In this document: positions 1-12,119 of the stretch, one piece after another | Layout of the letters: each line of letters begins with the position of its first letter | Numbering within the stretch: the first letter of the stretch is position 1 | Assembly: GCA_010093815.1 (NCBI GenBank) | Contig: ML996565.1 | Source: Pseudovirgaria hyperparasitica | Lineage: Eukaryota | Direction: 5' to 3' (one strand) | DNA length: 64,000 nucleotides | Program-made: the position numbers and the translations under genes | The notes under the pieces: model-generated | What the model was told of the DNA's origin: nothing | What the model saw: only the letters and a program-made list of their open reading frames with translations | Database searches by the model: none

Positions 1-76
1 ATATGAGACCATATTACAGGGAACTTCGCAGTCGCTCCCATTGCCGGAGCTCCACTCTACGAACATGTACGTCGAG

Positions 77-361
77 TCAACCACAGATCCCCTCTCCCAG
101 ATCACAGAACTTCGAACAGCAGGCTCCATTGATACGACACAACGCTTAACTCAATGAGTTAAACTCCACGAAATGTTCATCGTCTTACTCACATCCACTT
201 TCGAGACATCTTCGCTCAAGTGTCTATCCACTTGTTAGCGCCTACAATAGACCTTAGAACTTGCCTATTACAGCAGGAAGTGCTTTTTCCATGTTAGGAA
301 GTGCTGCACATATCGGAGTGAGCATTAAGGCGGTCAATGCTATCGCTGATGAGAGTTTCAT
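77..361 (-). CDS. Small secreted cysteine-rich knottin (ICK-type) prepropeptide, 62 aa, 3 exons (361-272, 223-193, 144-77)
   Basis: Manual splice gives MKLSSAIALTALMLTPICAALPNMEKALPA|TLERRCLESG|SLCRINGACCSKFCDLGEGICG*: a signal peptide, a dibasic RR site and C-x6-C-x5-CC-x3-C-x6-C. Two 48-nt introns: 271-224 (GTAATA..GCTAAC..TAG) and 192-145 (GTGAGT..AAG). Confidence 0.8.
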
Positions 362-989
362 ATTGAGTATTTCGAGTTGTCAGATGTTAGCGAACATTGG
401 GGTTTTTAGCCGCAGATGTGATGATTTTCCTCATTTTTGGGCCAAAGCACTCTTATATATCGTTTAAGAAGGGCACACGACCAATTGTCAGACTTGTACT
501 CAAGGCTCATGCTCATTATAGCTTGGTTTGTTCGTCAGACAGAAGACTTCGATGTTTATACGAAGGACGATTTGTTGATTTGCTTGGAGACGCTCCGAGA
601 TGACTGTGTGACTTAGTTTGTCACACGTACTCGGTCGAAGTGTCACCATCATTGCTTCTAGCAGGAAGTAACCGTGAGCTGGGCTTTGATCCGGTTGACG
701 TTCCTCAGGTAGCTTTCGACCAATGAGAAGCGATCTGCACCGCCACTCCACCAAGCCTAACATGGAGATCTCCCTTGCACAAGTGTGCATAATTCTACGT
801 AGTAGGATCCATCTGCGCTAGTCTGCTCTGTCAGCGTCCGCCATCTCGCAACTAAATATCACGCGATGACTTGGAACGTCATTCCTTGGGGGCCCGATAG
901 TACATCAGCTATGACCTATCGTTTGTGAGCCCGTCATCATCTGAATCTTAATGCTAAAGGCCTGTTCGAAGCGTCGACTTACATTCTAC

Positions 990-2949
990 ATGGCTCAAGA
1001 TACGAAGAAAACAAGAGTGGCAGTCCTAGGACTTGGTCAGCAGATTAGAATCTTGTTGGCGAGGAATCACGGAAAACTGACACTGACAGGATTGACTGGA
1101 GTCACGACTGTGAAGAACCTCGTTGAGATTGGACTCGATGCTGTCGGTTTTGACAAGAACGGGTACATCGGAGGGCTTTGGCAATGGACGAAGAACCCGA
1201 ACCAGACATCTATCTTAAAGAGCATGTCTATTCATGTGCGACCATGATGAATCGTGTGTTGATCAGATGACTACAGATACAAAAGCAAATATCTCGAAGC
1301 AGAGCGTCAGTCGCAGCAAATCCTTCATGACAAGGAGTCAACTCACTTACATGTAACAGAGCTGCTTTCAAGACTTCCCCTTTCCAGATGGTATGGTTAC
1401 GTCCTGAAGGGTTAGTTTCGGCTAAGCTCAACATATGCAGATGTAGCAGACTATCCTCCAGGGGAGGATGTGCTGAAGTACATTCAGGCATACGCCAGCC
1501 ATTACAGTCTACACGACCACTTTCGACTAGGCTGGGGAATTGAGCGTGTCGAGCGAACACTAGATGATGGCTCGTGGCTGATCAAGTCAATTAGCACGAG
1601 CGGCGTGCGCAAGGATGAGGTGTTTGATAAAGTCATAGTCACCACAGGCCCATATGCGAAAGCATTCCTTCCCAAAATCGATGGTCAGGACCATTTCAAG
1701 GGCAAGATATTGCACTCGCAAGCCTTCAAGGAGTAAGTGCTTCACTCTGTCCTACCCAACATTACTGATGCCGCCGAAGCCCAGCCGACTTCGCTGGCCA
1801 GCGAGTCATCGTCGCTGGTCTTGCTCAAACAGGAGGCGACGTTGCTGTAGACCTTGTTGGTGTTGCGTCCCAGGTATACATGTCACATAGATCTGGCGCC
1901 CGTGTCGTATGTGCATTACTTCCCTCAACTTACACTCTCTGATATAGTCACAGATACGTAGAGGATCTCCGAAGCCAACAGATCACCGTATCAGTCGACG
2001 AGTGGCTGGTATCGCGCAGACTCTCAATGCAAAATTACCAGGTCTCATGTTTGGTTTGGGTGCATTCATGACGGAGAAAGGCATGATCAGAATGCACCCC
2101 GAGTATCAAAAATCATGGAACCTTCTCCCAGCGCCTCCACTATACAACTCTCCACCATCTATCAACGACCACATCATCTCGAAGTTCGCCGATGGAACGA
2201 TCATCCCCATCCGTGGCTCGCTTCGCATCAAAGCCCCCAGTAGTCCTGGCGAGAAATCATCCACGGTCGAACTCCCCGACGGCACATCCATCCCGGATAT
2301 CGACGCCATAATCTTCGCAACCGGCTACCAATCTGATTTTTCCATCTTCGCACCTGAAGCCGATCCTACCGCCTTCCCTACCCCTGAATGGGACGCCTCA
2401 CCGCACTCCAACGGCCTCTTATACCCTCGCTTGTATCAAGGCATCTTTAGTATTAAGTATCCCCAGTCGCTCGCGTTCATAGGTCCATACCGCGGACAAT
2501 CATTCGCAGCATTCAACAATGGCGATCTGATTAGCCAAGCCGTCACGCAGGTCTTCGCTGGCAATTACACATTGCCGCCTCAAGCAGAGATGGAGGCGTG
2601 GTGCGACGCAAACTACCAGTCAAATCTAGAGCAAATCAAGAAGTGGCGCATTACGAAGGTCGGTGTCAGTGCGAAGCAGTTGGAGGCATTTCTGAATGAT
2701 GCGGCGGGTAATGAGGTGAATGAGAAGTTGGGCTGGGGCTTGGAGGCGTGGAGGTTCTGGTGGAGTGACAGGGAGCTTTATCGGCTTATTGTCGATGGGA
2801 TCAACTCGCCGTATCTGTATCGGCTGTTCGACGGGAGGGCTGGGAGCCGGAAGAAGTGGGAAGGGGCACGCGAGGCGATCTTCAAGGTCAATGGAAGAGC
2901 ATTGAAGGAACATAGGACGCCTGCAGCTGGCCAGAAGTTGAAGGACTAA
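990..2949 (+). CDS. Flavin-containing monooxygenase (class B FMO), 7 exons
   Basis: After splicing: FAD motif GLGLTG, GGLW, CFQDFPFP, FMO fingerprint FKGKILHSQAF and IIFATGY. Introns at 1036-1089, 1222-1276 (GC-AG), 1306-1359, 1391-1440, 1733-1779 and 1907-1953. Confidence 0.93.
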
Positions 2950-3260
2950 CGGTGTGTTGGATCTACGGTCCATTGATTAACCTGACCGGACTATGTTTGC
3001 GTTTCTTCTTTCCCTCGTAAGATAGAGACTTTGTTAAGAGTAGACCACTAGAGCCTAATGTTCGTGTGACTGCTTGTGTAATGCCGAACAAGGCTATAAC
3101 ATGTTATACAGATCCGCGACGCAAGTTATAATTCTCATTCACAATCAAGTCATTTAACAAAAGATTAAGCCTATAAATAGCTTTTTATAGCTACATATCT
3201 TTACACTCTATGATCCTTGAATTATTACGTCTCCCACCCGAATCTTTCGCATCCTCTCCT

Positions 3261-3608
3261 TTACCCAGCAGTAGGAGCCGAGCAGCTTAGTGCATCACCA
3301 AGGAGGGGAGCGGCACAGCAGTAAGCCACAGTACCCGATGCAGCGCAGATACTCTCGAAATCCTCAATTGACGACGGAGTGGACGATGCTACCATCTTCA
3401 TCAGTGGAGTCTTGACCTCCTGGGTGGAATACTTACGAGGGTCGCAGGTCAGGTTGAGAACACCGCCAACGCTGGCTTCGCAGCATAGCGGCGATGAGTC
3501 GAGGAGGTTGGCGCAAAGGTCGAATTGACGAGGGGAATTCTGCGTAGGAGCAGCGGTGACACTGGTTGCAATAGCAGCGAGGAGAGTGATGAAGGTTGAT
3601 TTGTACAT
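3261..3608 (-). CDS. Class II hydrophobin
   Basis: Signal peptide. Removing an in-frame 48-nt intron (3436-3389, GTAAGT..TAG) gives Cys spacing C-x9-CC-x11-C-x16-C-x8-CC-x10-C, the class II pattern. Confidence 0.92.
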   Translation of the reverse strand: MYKSTFITLLAAIATSVTAAPTQNSPRQFDLCANLLDSSPLCCEASVGGVLNLTCDPRKYSTQEVKTPLMKMVASSTPSSIEDFESICAASGTVAYCCAAPLLGDALSCSAPTAG

Positions 3609-6486
3609 AGTTGTTGATGGACTGATGGATTCCGGTCTGGAATATTGTGGTTTACTTAAAGGAGTAGATGTGGATTGATGTTGCTTGTAGTTTCTGATCG
3701 ATGGTAATGAAGTACAGACATGTCTTTATATATTCGTCCTCCTTACCAAGAAGACGAATCGCATACACACGCATCGTTATCTTGTAGATCTTGAAGGCCA
3801 ATAGTTCTGTCTCTGTAGACTGAAAGGATATCTTGGTGCTGCAAGATAAGAGAATTCACTATGCGTTATGTGATTGCTCGCCTATCTGTCGTAGCGTGGG
3901 ACTGTCAATGCTAACGGGGCCTGGCTAGACGGGCTGTGATTGCAATATAGAGATCGACATAGCGGCGTGGTATCAGGACTTAGGTGCACAGCGGCAAGAG
4001 CAGTGTGAGAGGTAAACAAGTAACCGGATCAGGTCGTTCTGGGGAGCATGCTAGATGTGCGGTGCCTGGATGATGTATGGCTTACTCCCTCTTCGTAAAC
4101 AGAATACTCATAGCCTGTTGAGCCGTATTCCTACTACCTTTGAGCCTGACACTCATGTATACAACATCTGGACTCCATACACAGCTCCATCACTCAATTC
4201 ACAGATACAATATCGCCTCCTTAACCTAGATTGTATCAGTCGATAGGTATTCAATCAAATCTCACCAGCTTGGTCAAAAAGTACTAAGACAAGGCTACCA
4301 AGCTCTTGGCCCGTCCGTCTGATTGAGCTTCGGTTCGCAAAGCCTTCTCATCAAGGAAGTCAAGCTGACGTAGATGGACGTCTCATAGCGGAAACCCCAC
4401 TAGCTCCAAAGTTAGCCTACAAGAGTGTATCAATTCTCCATCCTCCCTCCCAGGAGGTGCTTCCCCCTGCCAAGAACGCCATCCGTACCAACATAATCTG
4501 GCCCCCGACGGTTCGTGGCGGAAGATATCAATGGGACGATCTCCACTTTCTGCCGCATGGAGTTAGAGTCCCGCTGTCACATCACATGAAGATTTCCTCT
4601 ACAGCATCGTTGTCGTATTCTGTAAAGCAAGCCTTGCCATCACGCTCGATCTTATCGCTGCCAAGTCCAGTACGTGCAATTGCCGTCGCCACCAGCCTCA
4701 CTCCCTCCCTCACTCGCTCATAGAGGAAGGCTTATCAAGTCCCAACTCAAGCAATTACAGATACACTCAGGTAATCACAAAATCCATTTGATATCTACAG
4801 ACTAATTACATCGCTCGATCTGTATACGTCACTTTCCCGATTCTGGCATATCTATCTCGATTGAGGACATCTGCACCATCAAGATGGTAGCAAACGAAAA
4901 GTAGTGTTATGTGTGAGGCAAAGTGTCCATCTAAGATCCTATGCGAGCTCAGGAAATGTCCGAAAGAAATCCCAAAGGAGCGTATTCGGTACGATGACAA
5001 TGACCATACTATAATCTCGAGGATGTCAAGCAGAACTTGCGTTGAAGCTTTAGGTACTCATCCATACATAAGCAAGCATACTGTCTTCGAAGTTCGAACA
5101 AAGCTTCCAGTATAATAATATCATATCATCACTTCTCACCCCTCTCAAATCGTCCAACCACCCACAAAACAACTGCTACGACTATGGCATCGCATAGACT
5201 ATCAACCACGTGCAAGCCATCAACCCGCCGTCCCGTCTCAAATAGTACGCGCGTAACCACACCCGCGCCCTACTCGGATTCTTATCTTGTCGATCATAAG
5301 TGGAACCACCACCAATCCTTCTGAGCTGGAAAGTGACTTGCATGTCCGATTCCGATGTTGTTTCTCGATTTTCGCGGCCGCGGTTTTTCCCAGTGTTTGT
5401 AAAAGCTGTTGATTCCGTCGACTATGCATGTCATGTCAACGAACGCACGTCACCAATTGCTAGGACAGTTGAGATTAGATGAAAGCGTAATGCTCAAACG
5501 ACCGCGATGCAAATGCCGAAATACCGGAAATGACACGGTAATCCAATGGTGTTGTGATAACGTAGGACTCGGTGCTGCTCTCGTGGAAAGTGTTTAGGGC
5601 TTTGATAACATCCCCTAATTTAAGGCTTACGGCCTTGGAGAAGATGCAAGCCGCGTATTCGTCACCATCAATCTAGACCAAGACCGCAGTTGACGACTGC
5701 GCATCCCAGACAAACAGGCTACATAGCATCACCACCCGCAACATCCCACAAGGTGCCTCACTCTCTCACACATCTCCGTACAAACAAACCTACAATCCTC
5801 CCATCTCGCCCAGCAATCACATATCCGCATATCGCCTTTCCTCAAACCATCCCTCAAAGCTCAACCTCGACACTACAGTCTCCCCAACCTCCTCATTACG
5901 AAGTGGGCACGCAACATATAAGATCCACCTCGCTCTTCAGTATTGCAACCGCACTTGCGCCCACGATCCACTCTGCGCTAGCCACGACAGGTAACACGAT
6001 ACTGACTCTGCCATATTCCACGAACCTCTTGTAGATACTCCTGCCCTGATTCCTGTATACACACATATATATATACAGTAGTAGCAGGAAGAGGCCGTCA
6101 CACACCTCCAGACATCACCGACAATACCACGAGCGGCTCATCATATAAAATGCAAGTCCCCCGAATGCGAAGTCGAGACATTCCCAAATAAGCTCAAACG
6201 AAAAACCCTGTTAAAGCTGAACAAATATCTACATCGTGCCACGATTCGAAGTTAACCTCGCTTGTTCACGCTACCCGGTCGACCCATGGCCGGTTGGACG
6301 TGAAGCGTGTATGGGGTATTCTCAGACTTCTCAGATATACGATACTTGCATGGTCAACGTAAGTCGGAATCGCTTAGTCTGTAGAATCGACTCGCTCGGA
6401 TGCTTGATCATCGGGCAAGTCGCGGCCAGTTACCAGAAACGAGAGATTGTTTGAAAGACACTCCGATATTGTCATGGCATGTCACA

Positions 6487-6520
6487 ACACACACACACAC
6501 TCTCTCTCCCTCTCTCTCTC
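6487..6520. repeat. Compound (CA)n(CT)n microsatellite
   Basis: acacacacacacactctctctccctctctctctc read directly. Confidence 0.8.
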
Positions 6521-6963
6521 GTCCAAATGAGTATGATCCCAGTCCACAATCTCAGCTGTGAAACCTACAGTATCCACCTTGCAGAGCAGAACCCACGTAC
6601 TCTCGAAGCAGACTTCGAATCAATATTCCACGAAAATGCAGTCTTAAAGCCTATGTGTTAGTATCACAAGCTCCAAACAGAAGTGAATCCCAAAGACCCA
6701 CAGGATAACAAAGCCAGAAATCGTGTTTTATAATCATTCTCTACACATCAATCATACACCCATGTTCTACATCATCCAAAAAATTAACTATCCGTATCCT
6801 TTAAAAGATCGTATCATAAACGCGTAAGGTCATCATCGCTGCCATATCCTCTCCAACCCCCCCAAGCCCCCCTAATTCTTATATACTGCGCCGCATATAC
6901 CACCTATCAACACAACCCACAACACCACCCCTCCCAACTCCGAACAACTAAACCCACTCAGAC

Positions 6964-8703
6964 TCAGAAATTCCTCCCAGTGACACACACCACACCCTCC
7001 CACCCAACACCCCACCTCACACCCCCCATAACACCCACAAGCACGCCCAAGCCCAGCCCCACACTCACAGCCCCGTACACATACGCATGTCTCTTCCTCA
7101 ACGCCTTCAACTCCACCACCCACGTACTGACAGTCGTCAAGCTCCCATCGAACCCGTCCATGACGCCCTGCAAGACCTGGCACCCGACGACACCACCGCC
7201 GACCAGGCTGGTTAGATGCTGCAGATCCCACGCCATGCCTAGAACAGCCGTGCCCAGTATGTTGGACGCGAACGTGCCGAGGGGGAACGAGGGTGAGATG
7301 GGATTGAGCCAGAGCGACAGGCCGAACCGAAGGAGACAGCCGAGGGGTGCAAAGACACACGCGAAGAGTGCCTCGCCGCGCCAGTGGTCGGCGGGTGGGT
7401 ATGCGCAGAGGATTATTGCGCCGATCCAGGAGCCCCAGCCAAGAATGACAGCGAGAGGGTCGAGGATGCGGCGAAGGACGACGTGGGGGACGGTAGGCGT
7501 GAAGCGGGCAGTTAGACTGGCAATATGAGCGCCAAGAGATAGAGCAGATAGACAGAGGGAGATGGTGAGGATGAGCACAGCGAGAACGGCGGCGAGGGAG
7601 TTCACGTTGTGGCGCGGAGTTGTGTTTGTAGAAGACGGGATGCCCGGGCCGGAAAAGGGGTGCGAGAGAGGTGTTGGGAGGTCATTAGATAGAGCGAGAA
7701 AGGCGTCACGCATGAATGCTGAGAAGGATGTGTAACAGCCGCAAAAGCCAGTCGCGAGGCCGATATATAGTGGTATAGTCTTCTTGGTCTTTAGGTGCGA
7801 AGCCTTATCCGTGTCATGGGCTGGAGAGCCCCATTCGTGCGCGAACAGTTGCCTCTCTTCGGCGAGAAAGCCCATGAGCAAGCTACCACCGAAGTTGGCC
7901 CACAGCACACTCGTTGCAACGGGAGCGCCGGGATAGAAGACAAGCCATTGAGTCCCGAGACGAGCTAGAGTACCGAGGATGGAGAAGAAGATGAGATAGG
8001 AGACGGTATAGAGCTCAGTTGCGAAGCGGGAGACGCCGTGAGAAGGTGGTTTGTTCAAGTGCGTGTCTGCCTTTGGCTTCAAGTCGCTAGATGTGGTGGG
8101 CCCGAAGTTCGATCGAACGCTTTGTGATCTACCCGTATGAGGCCGCGGAAGGGCTGTCAAGTTATGCTCATCGTTTCGTGACGGAGGTCGAGTGTTGCGG
8201 CCGCTTTTGAAGGATTGTTGGCCGCCTTGAGAGCCGAGATCTTTACGCCGTGCGTCTTCAAGGTATGTACCGCCATGTATACCGTGGGAGCGAATTTGTC
8301 CATCGACGTTGACATCGATCTCTTCGTCCAGGTTGCCGAATGCTTTTGGCTCGTTGTACTCGTCCACCGTACTGTTGTGTTCGTCTACACGATGCCGCTT
8401 TGTGAAACCGTGTCCACCATTGCTCCCAATTCCTCCATCCGCATGCCTCCTCGGCCTTTCCTCTTCCAAGCTATGATGCTTGTACCATGAGCTCTCTGAC
8501 CGAGTACCGAGGCTTGACACAAGTATCTCATTGAGACCTTGATATTCTTCACTATCAGCTTCTGACCGTTGTGGCTGTGGCTGCGGCGACAGGGCATGGG
8601 AACTAGCTGTCTGCGCCCCAAACGGCGATGCTGGTCGCAGAAAGCGTTGTTGCTCGTAATGACCATGTCGCTGACTCGGTGGAGGACTTTCACGATTCTT
8701 CAT
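6964..8703 (-). CDS. FEX1: Fluoride export channel FEX (tandem CrcB/Fluc domains)
   Basis: 579-aa intronless ORF with two Fluc repeats (GTLARLG..ANFGGSLLMG..GFCGCYTSFS and GCLLRF..FPLGTFASNILG..GFDGSLTTVST) and a long hydrophilic N-terminus. Confidence 0.92.
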   Translation of the reverse strand: MKNRESPPPSQRHGHYEQQRFLRPASPFGAQTASSHALSPQPQPQRSEADSEEYQGLNEILVSSLGTRSESSWYKHHSLEEERPRRHADGGIGSNGGHGFTKRHRVDEHNSTVDEYNEPKAFGNLDEEIDVNVDGQIRSHGIHGGTYLEDARRKDLGSQGGQQSFKSGRNTRPPSRNDEHNLTALPRPHTGRSQSVRSNFGPTTSSDLKPKADTHLNKPPSHGVSRFATELYTVSYLIFFSILGTLARLGTQWLVFYPGAPVATSVLWANFGGSLLMGFLAEERQLFAHEWGSPAHDTDKASHLKTKKTIPLYIGLATGFCGCYTSFSAFMRDAFLALSNDLPTPLSHPFSGPGIPSSTNTTPRHNVNSLAAVLAVLILTISLCLSALSLGAHIASLTARFTPTVPHVVLRRILDPLAVILGWGSWIGAIILCAYPPADHWRGEALFACVFAPLGCLLRFGLSLWLNPISPSFPLGTFASNILGTAVLGMAWDLQHLTSLVGGGVVGCQVLQGVMDGFDGSLTTVSTWVVELKALRKRHAYVYGAVSVGLGLGVLVGVMGGVRWGVGWEGVVCVTGRNF

Positions 8704-9082
8704 GGTGTGATTAGATTAGATGGAGAGTACGTCGTCGCACTTCATAATCGCGTAAGAAGCGATTACACGCGGACGAATGGACGGAAAACAGGATATAAAC
8801 GAACAGGAGCGCAGACAAAAGAACTCAGGAGACGAAATGCGGAGAAAAAGTAGATACGATGCAGGGAGCTGGGCAATTGATGGCTGGGGACTTGGCATGA
8901 CGCGGAGAAGACTAGTATCACCAAATGATCGGCGTCAGGGTTCGTGATTCCTCGCGTGCTGGTCCCGCTATTGATACGACGACGACTCAGAATGTTTGCT
9001 GACCTGCACTGCATCGGAGCCGCACGTCTTATTCTAGTCGTCCAAAGCTCCCACTACACTCTCCACAGAACTTCAATCCATC

Positions 9083-9844
9083 ATGGCCTCCTCTCTCCCC
9101 TCTAACGTCCATGTCTCCAGCCATCCGTGTGTTCGGGTGAAACTATCCAAGCTCCGAAGCAAGGGCACTAGCCCAAGGGACGTGCCCTCTCTGGTCAACG
9201 AGATCGCGCTGCTCGTTGGCACTGAAGCTCTGGCTGAAGGCTTACAAGTGAGAGATGATGGAACTGTGCGTCTCCATATCACGCTGCCTGGCGAGAGACA
9301 AGGTTGATAATGATGGTGTGTAATCTAGGACCAATCTCCACTCGGCTACGAGTTCGCAACGCAATCGCTCTCCCCGGCCTCCCTCACAATCGTCCCGATT
9401 CTGCGCTCCGGTCTGTCCATGGTGCCCGCGATAAGCTCCTTGCTCCCTGAGCCTGTACCGATCCATCACTTGGGTATGTACCGTGAGAAGACTACGCTCC
9501 AGCCTGTGGAGTACTACAATAATCTGCCTTATCATGCTCCGCCGTCAGCCTTGATCACACCCGGTTCCGCCTCTGGTCCTGCTGAGCTTGCTATCATTGT
9601 TGACCCGGTCGTCGCTACTGGCCAGACAGCCGAAGCAGCGATAGATACGCTGAAAGAGTGGGGTGTCAAGAGAGTCATCTTCATCGGCGTGATTGCAAGT
9701 GAGGAGGGACTGAAGAAGGTTGCGCGCCATCCTGATGTCAGCATCTGGGTTGGAGGCTGTGACAAAGAGCTTGATGAGCGTGGCATGATCAAGCCCGGAT
9801 TAGGCGATATCGGTGATCGTTTGTATTTGACAATCGGCAAATAG
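9083..9844 (+). CDS. Uracil phosphoribosyltransferase-family protein
   Basis: Motifs VPILRSG, YREKTTL, the PRPP-binding IIVDPVVATG and PGLGDIGDR. One intron at 9266-9328. Confidence 0.92.
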
Positions 9845-10012
9845 TTGGCATGCTGTTGTAGTAGCAAACAATTCTGCATTTGAGGCGTATGTACGGAGCA
9901 TGACTTCGAGCCATTGCAGCTACTGGCAACATCTTTACATATAGTAGCGACAATAGATATGCTTGCCAAAGCGGGTATCAAAGTAAAAGTGGCTGTGAAG
10001 AGAGAAAGTGCA

Positions 10013-10738
10013 TCACGCCTCGAGTTCCTGAATTCCTGCGCCTTCTGTCTTACTCCGCCCTAACAGCTTCCCTATCACATCTGCCTCCGCGTCCGTCATT
10101 GCCGTATCTTGACCTGCACAACTCTCACTGTCGCTCATCGTATTCTCCCCGTCGTCCTGCTGTTCGAGCACCCCAAGTCCTAGGTTCATCTCGATGTATT
10201 GACCTTCTTGTGCGTCATCCGTGACCTCGAACTGGTATTCTGATAATTTCCCTTCTAGCCTGTCATGCTCCAAGGCCTCATTCGCAGCCTTCATCTGTTG
10301 TAAGAAATCTCGAGTGCGTTCGCGCAGGGATTTTCCATTGTTGCGTTCATCCTCATCGAGACGGAAGGGAGGTTTCGTTTTGCGCTGGCCCAGAGGCACC
10401 ACCGTTACGATATCATCATCCTCCGCAATGCTCTCGCCATCGCTCATTTCATCGTCGCTCTCGCTGCTCTCGGAGTCGGAACTGGGATCGTCGGAGGAGT
10501 CGGAGACTTCGCTACTCTCGTTGCCCGAGAGCGTGAGCTCTGTGTCGACAGTGGAAGTATGCGTCACTTCGCTAAGTGTTGGCTGAGGTGTTGAGTGGCC
10601 AGATCCGAATCTGGTCGATATACTGCTCGACTCTGAAGGAAGCCGAGACGGCGAGCTCAGTCCGCGGCTAGCAGGGCGCTTCGCAGAATCTGCCCCAGAA
10701 GTGAAGACTTCGTCATAGCTTCGCTTACGAACAGGCAT
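10013..10738 (-). CDS. DUF4598 / NOPCHAP1-like protein (box C/D snoRNP assembly chaperone family)
   Basis: FLQQMKAAN..GQYIEMNLGLGVLE motif with acidic low-complexity flanks. Likely start MPVRKRS at 10738. Confidence 0.75.
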   Translation of the reverse strand: MPVRKRSYDEVFTSGADSAKRPASRGLSSPSRLPSESSSISTRFGSGHSTPQPTLSEVTHTSTVDTELTLSGNESSEVSDSSDDPSSDSESSESDDEMSDGESIAEDDDIVTVVPLGQRKTKPPFRLDEDERNNGKSLRERTRDFLQQMKAANEALEHDRLEGKLSEYQFEVTDDAQEGQYIEMNLGLGVLEQQDDGENTMSDSESCAGQDTAMTDAEADVIGKLLGRSKTEGAGIQELEA

Positions 10739-12119
10739 TGTTATCCCCAGTGTAAGTGAGGTTTCGTTGTGAGCAGGAGTCTGTTTCATGCGCCGGAATT
10801 TCGCGGGGTCCAGAAATTATTGGTGGTAGTTTCGAGAGTAAAAGTTCTGCCCGAGGCGGTAAAGGGTTTAGACTGCAGCTGACGAATGAGACGCTCTGAA
10901 ACGTGGCCGAAACAAGCCCTTGATCCACTTTGCACTCATCCTTCTACGCATCTGACTCTGCCCGGCGGTTGCGCGCTGCAGGTACAACAACAAAATAGCT
11001 GAGGCGCATCCAACCAGAGTATTGGTGGCCTTTTTTCCTTTGCTCAGCCTTCTTTCAACTCTCTATATCTTCTTACTTGTCTAGTCATCATCTCCATCTT
11101 TCCTTTACCTTTCGTTTTTTCTCCGAATCAATCCTCCGCGTTCTTGTTGGACCCTAGCAACGTCGACCCTGAACGCCCCGCCAGATCCATATTCAGGGCC
11201 TCACGACGCTAGTCGTGAAGTGAATTACTTGCCAAATCGCCCGATTCTATTTGGATAGCACACGTAAGTAGGCAATTTCATCATTGTTCTGCTTGTTGCA
11301 AAGTTCATCAAAGCATTCTCCTAAATCAATGTCTTGAACAATGATCATAGAATGCGTGCTTGCGAGAAATCACTCCTCAACACCATGTCTTGGCGCATGT
11401 CGGCAAAAAGCAGGGAGACGAGGTATCTTGAGATATGGCATTGTGTCAAGATCACACTGTAGTATTTCACTTTCTATTGCCACTGTCGACTGGCCTGTGT
11501 TAGAGAAGGCTAGGTCGCCGAGGTCTTTGAAGAGGAGGAGGAGATGCTCATTCACTTCCACCATGACTCCCGTTAAGGCACACGAGACTGTTCCCAACCT
11601 CTCTCTTTCTTGATTTCTCGCTATCTACTCTGGTATTCACCTAGACTTGCTCGAGTTCGTTAAAAGGGCAAATCTCCTGCGTCGTTTTCTTTCCCACGAT
11701 TGAGCTTCAACTTTTCTCCAAATTTGTAAAACCAGACTTTCTGCTTACGTTGAAACCTCCAAAAACTTCGCTCACTCACCATGCAGTCACAGTACTCAGC
11801 ACCGCAGGCTGTTCTTCACAAGGACTGCGATCAGGCTAACAGCCGAGCTCGTCTCAGTGTGCGCCTAACTTCCCGACTCACGCTTCCCATCACCCAACGC
11901 ACACAATCAATATTCTTCAAAGGCGCACAAATTCTGCCTCAAGAAGATCTCGCATTCTACTGCCATAGCAAATACGCTGTGCAACCCCTTGACTCCAACT
12001 ACAGCCGTCTCTCCACCAACGAAATCTTCGTCCACGGGGTCGGCGTTTACAGCACCCGCTACAGTCAGCTGCTATCCCTCAAAACGCCCATCCGCAGCTC
12101 CTTCTCCAAAAACTTCACC

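Noticed and set aside
4380..4730. Protein-like frames with a possible intron on the minus strand
   Set aside because: No consistent start or splice model and no recognisable family.
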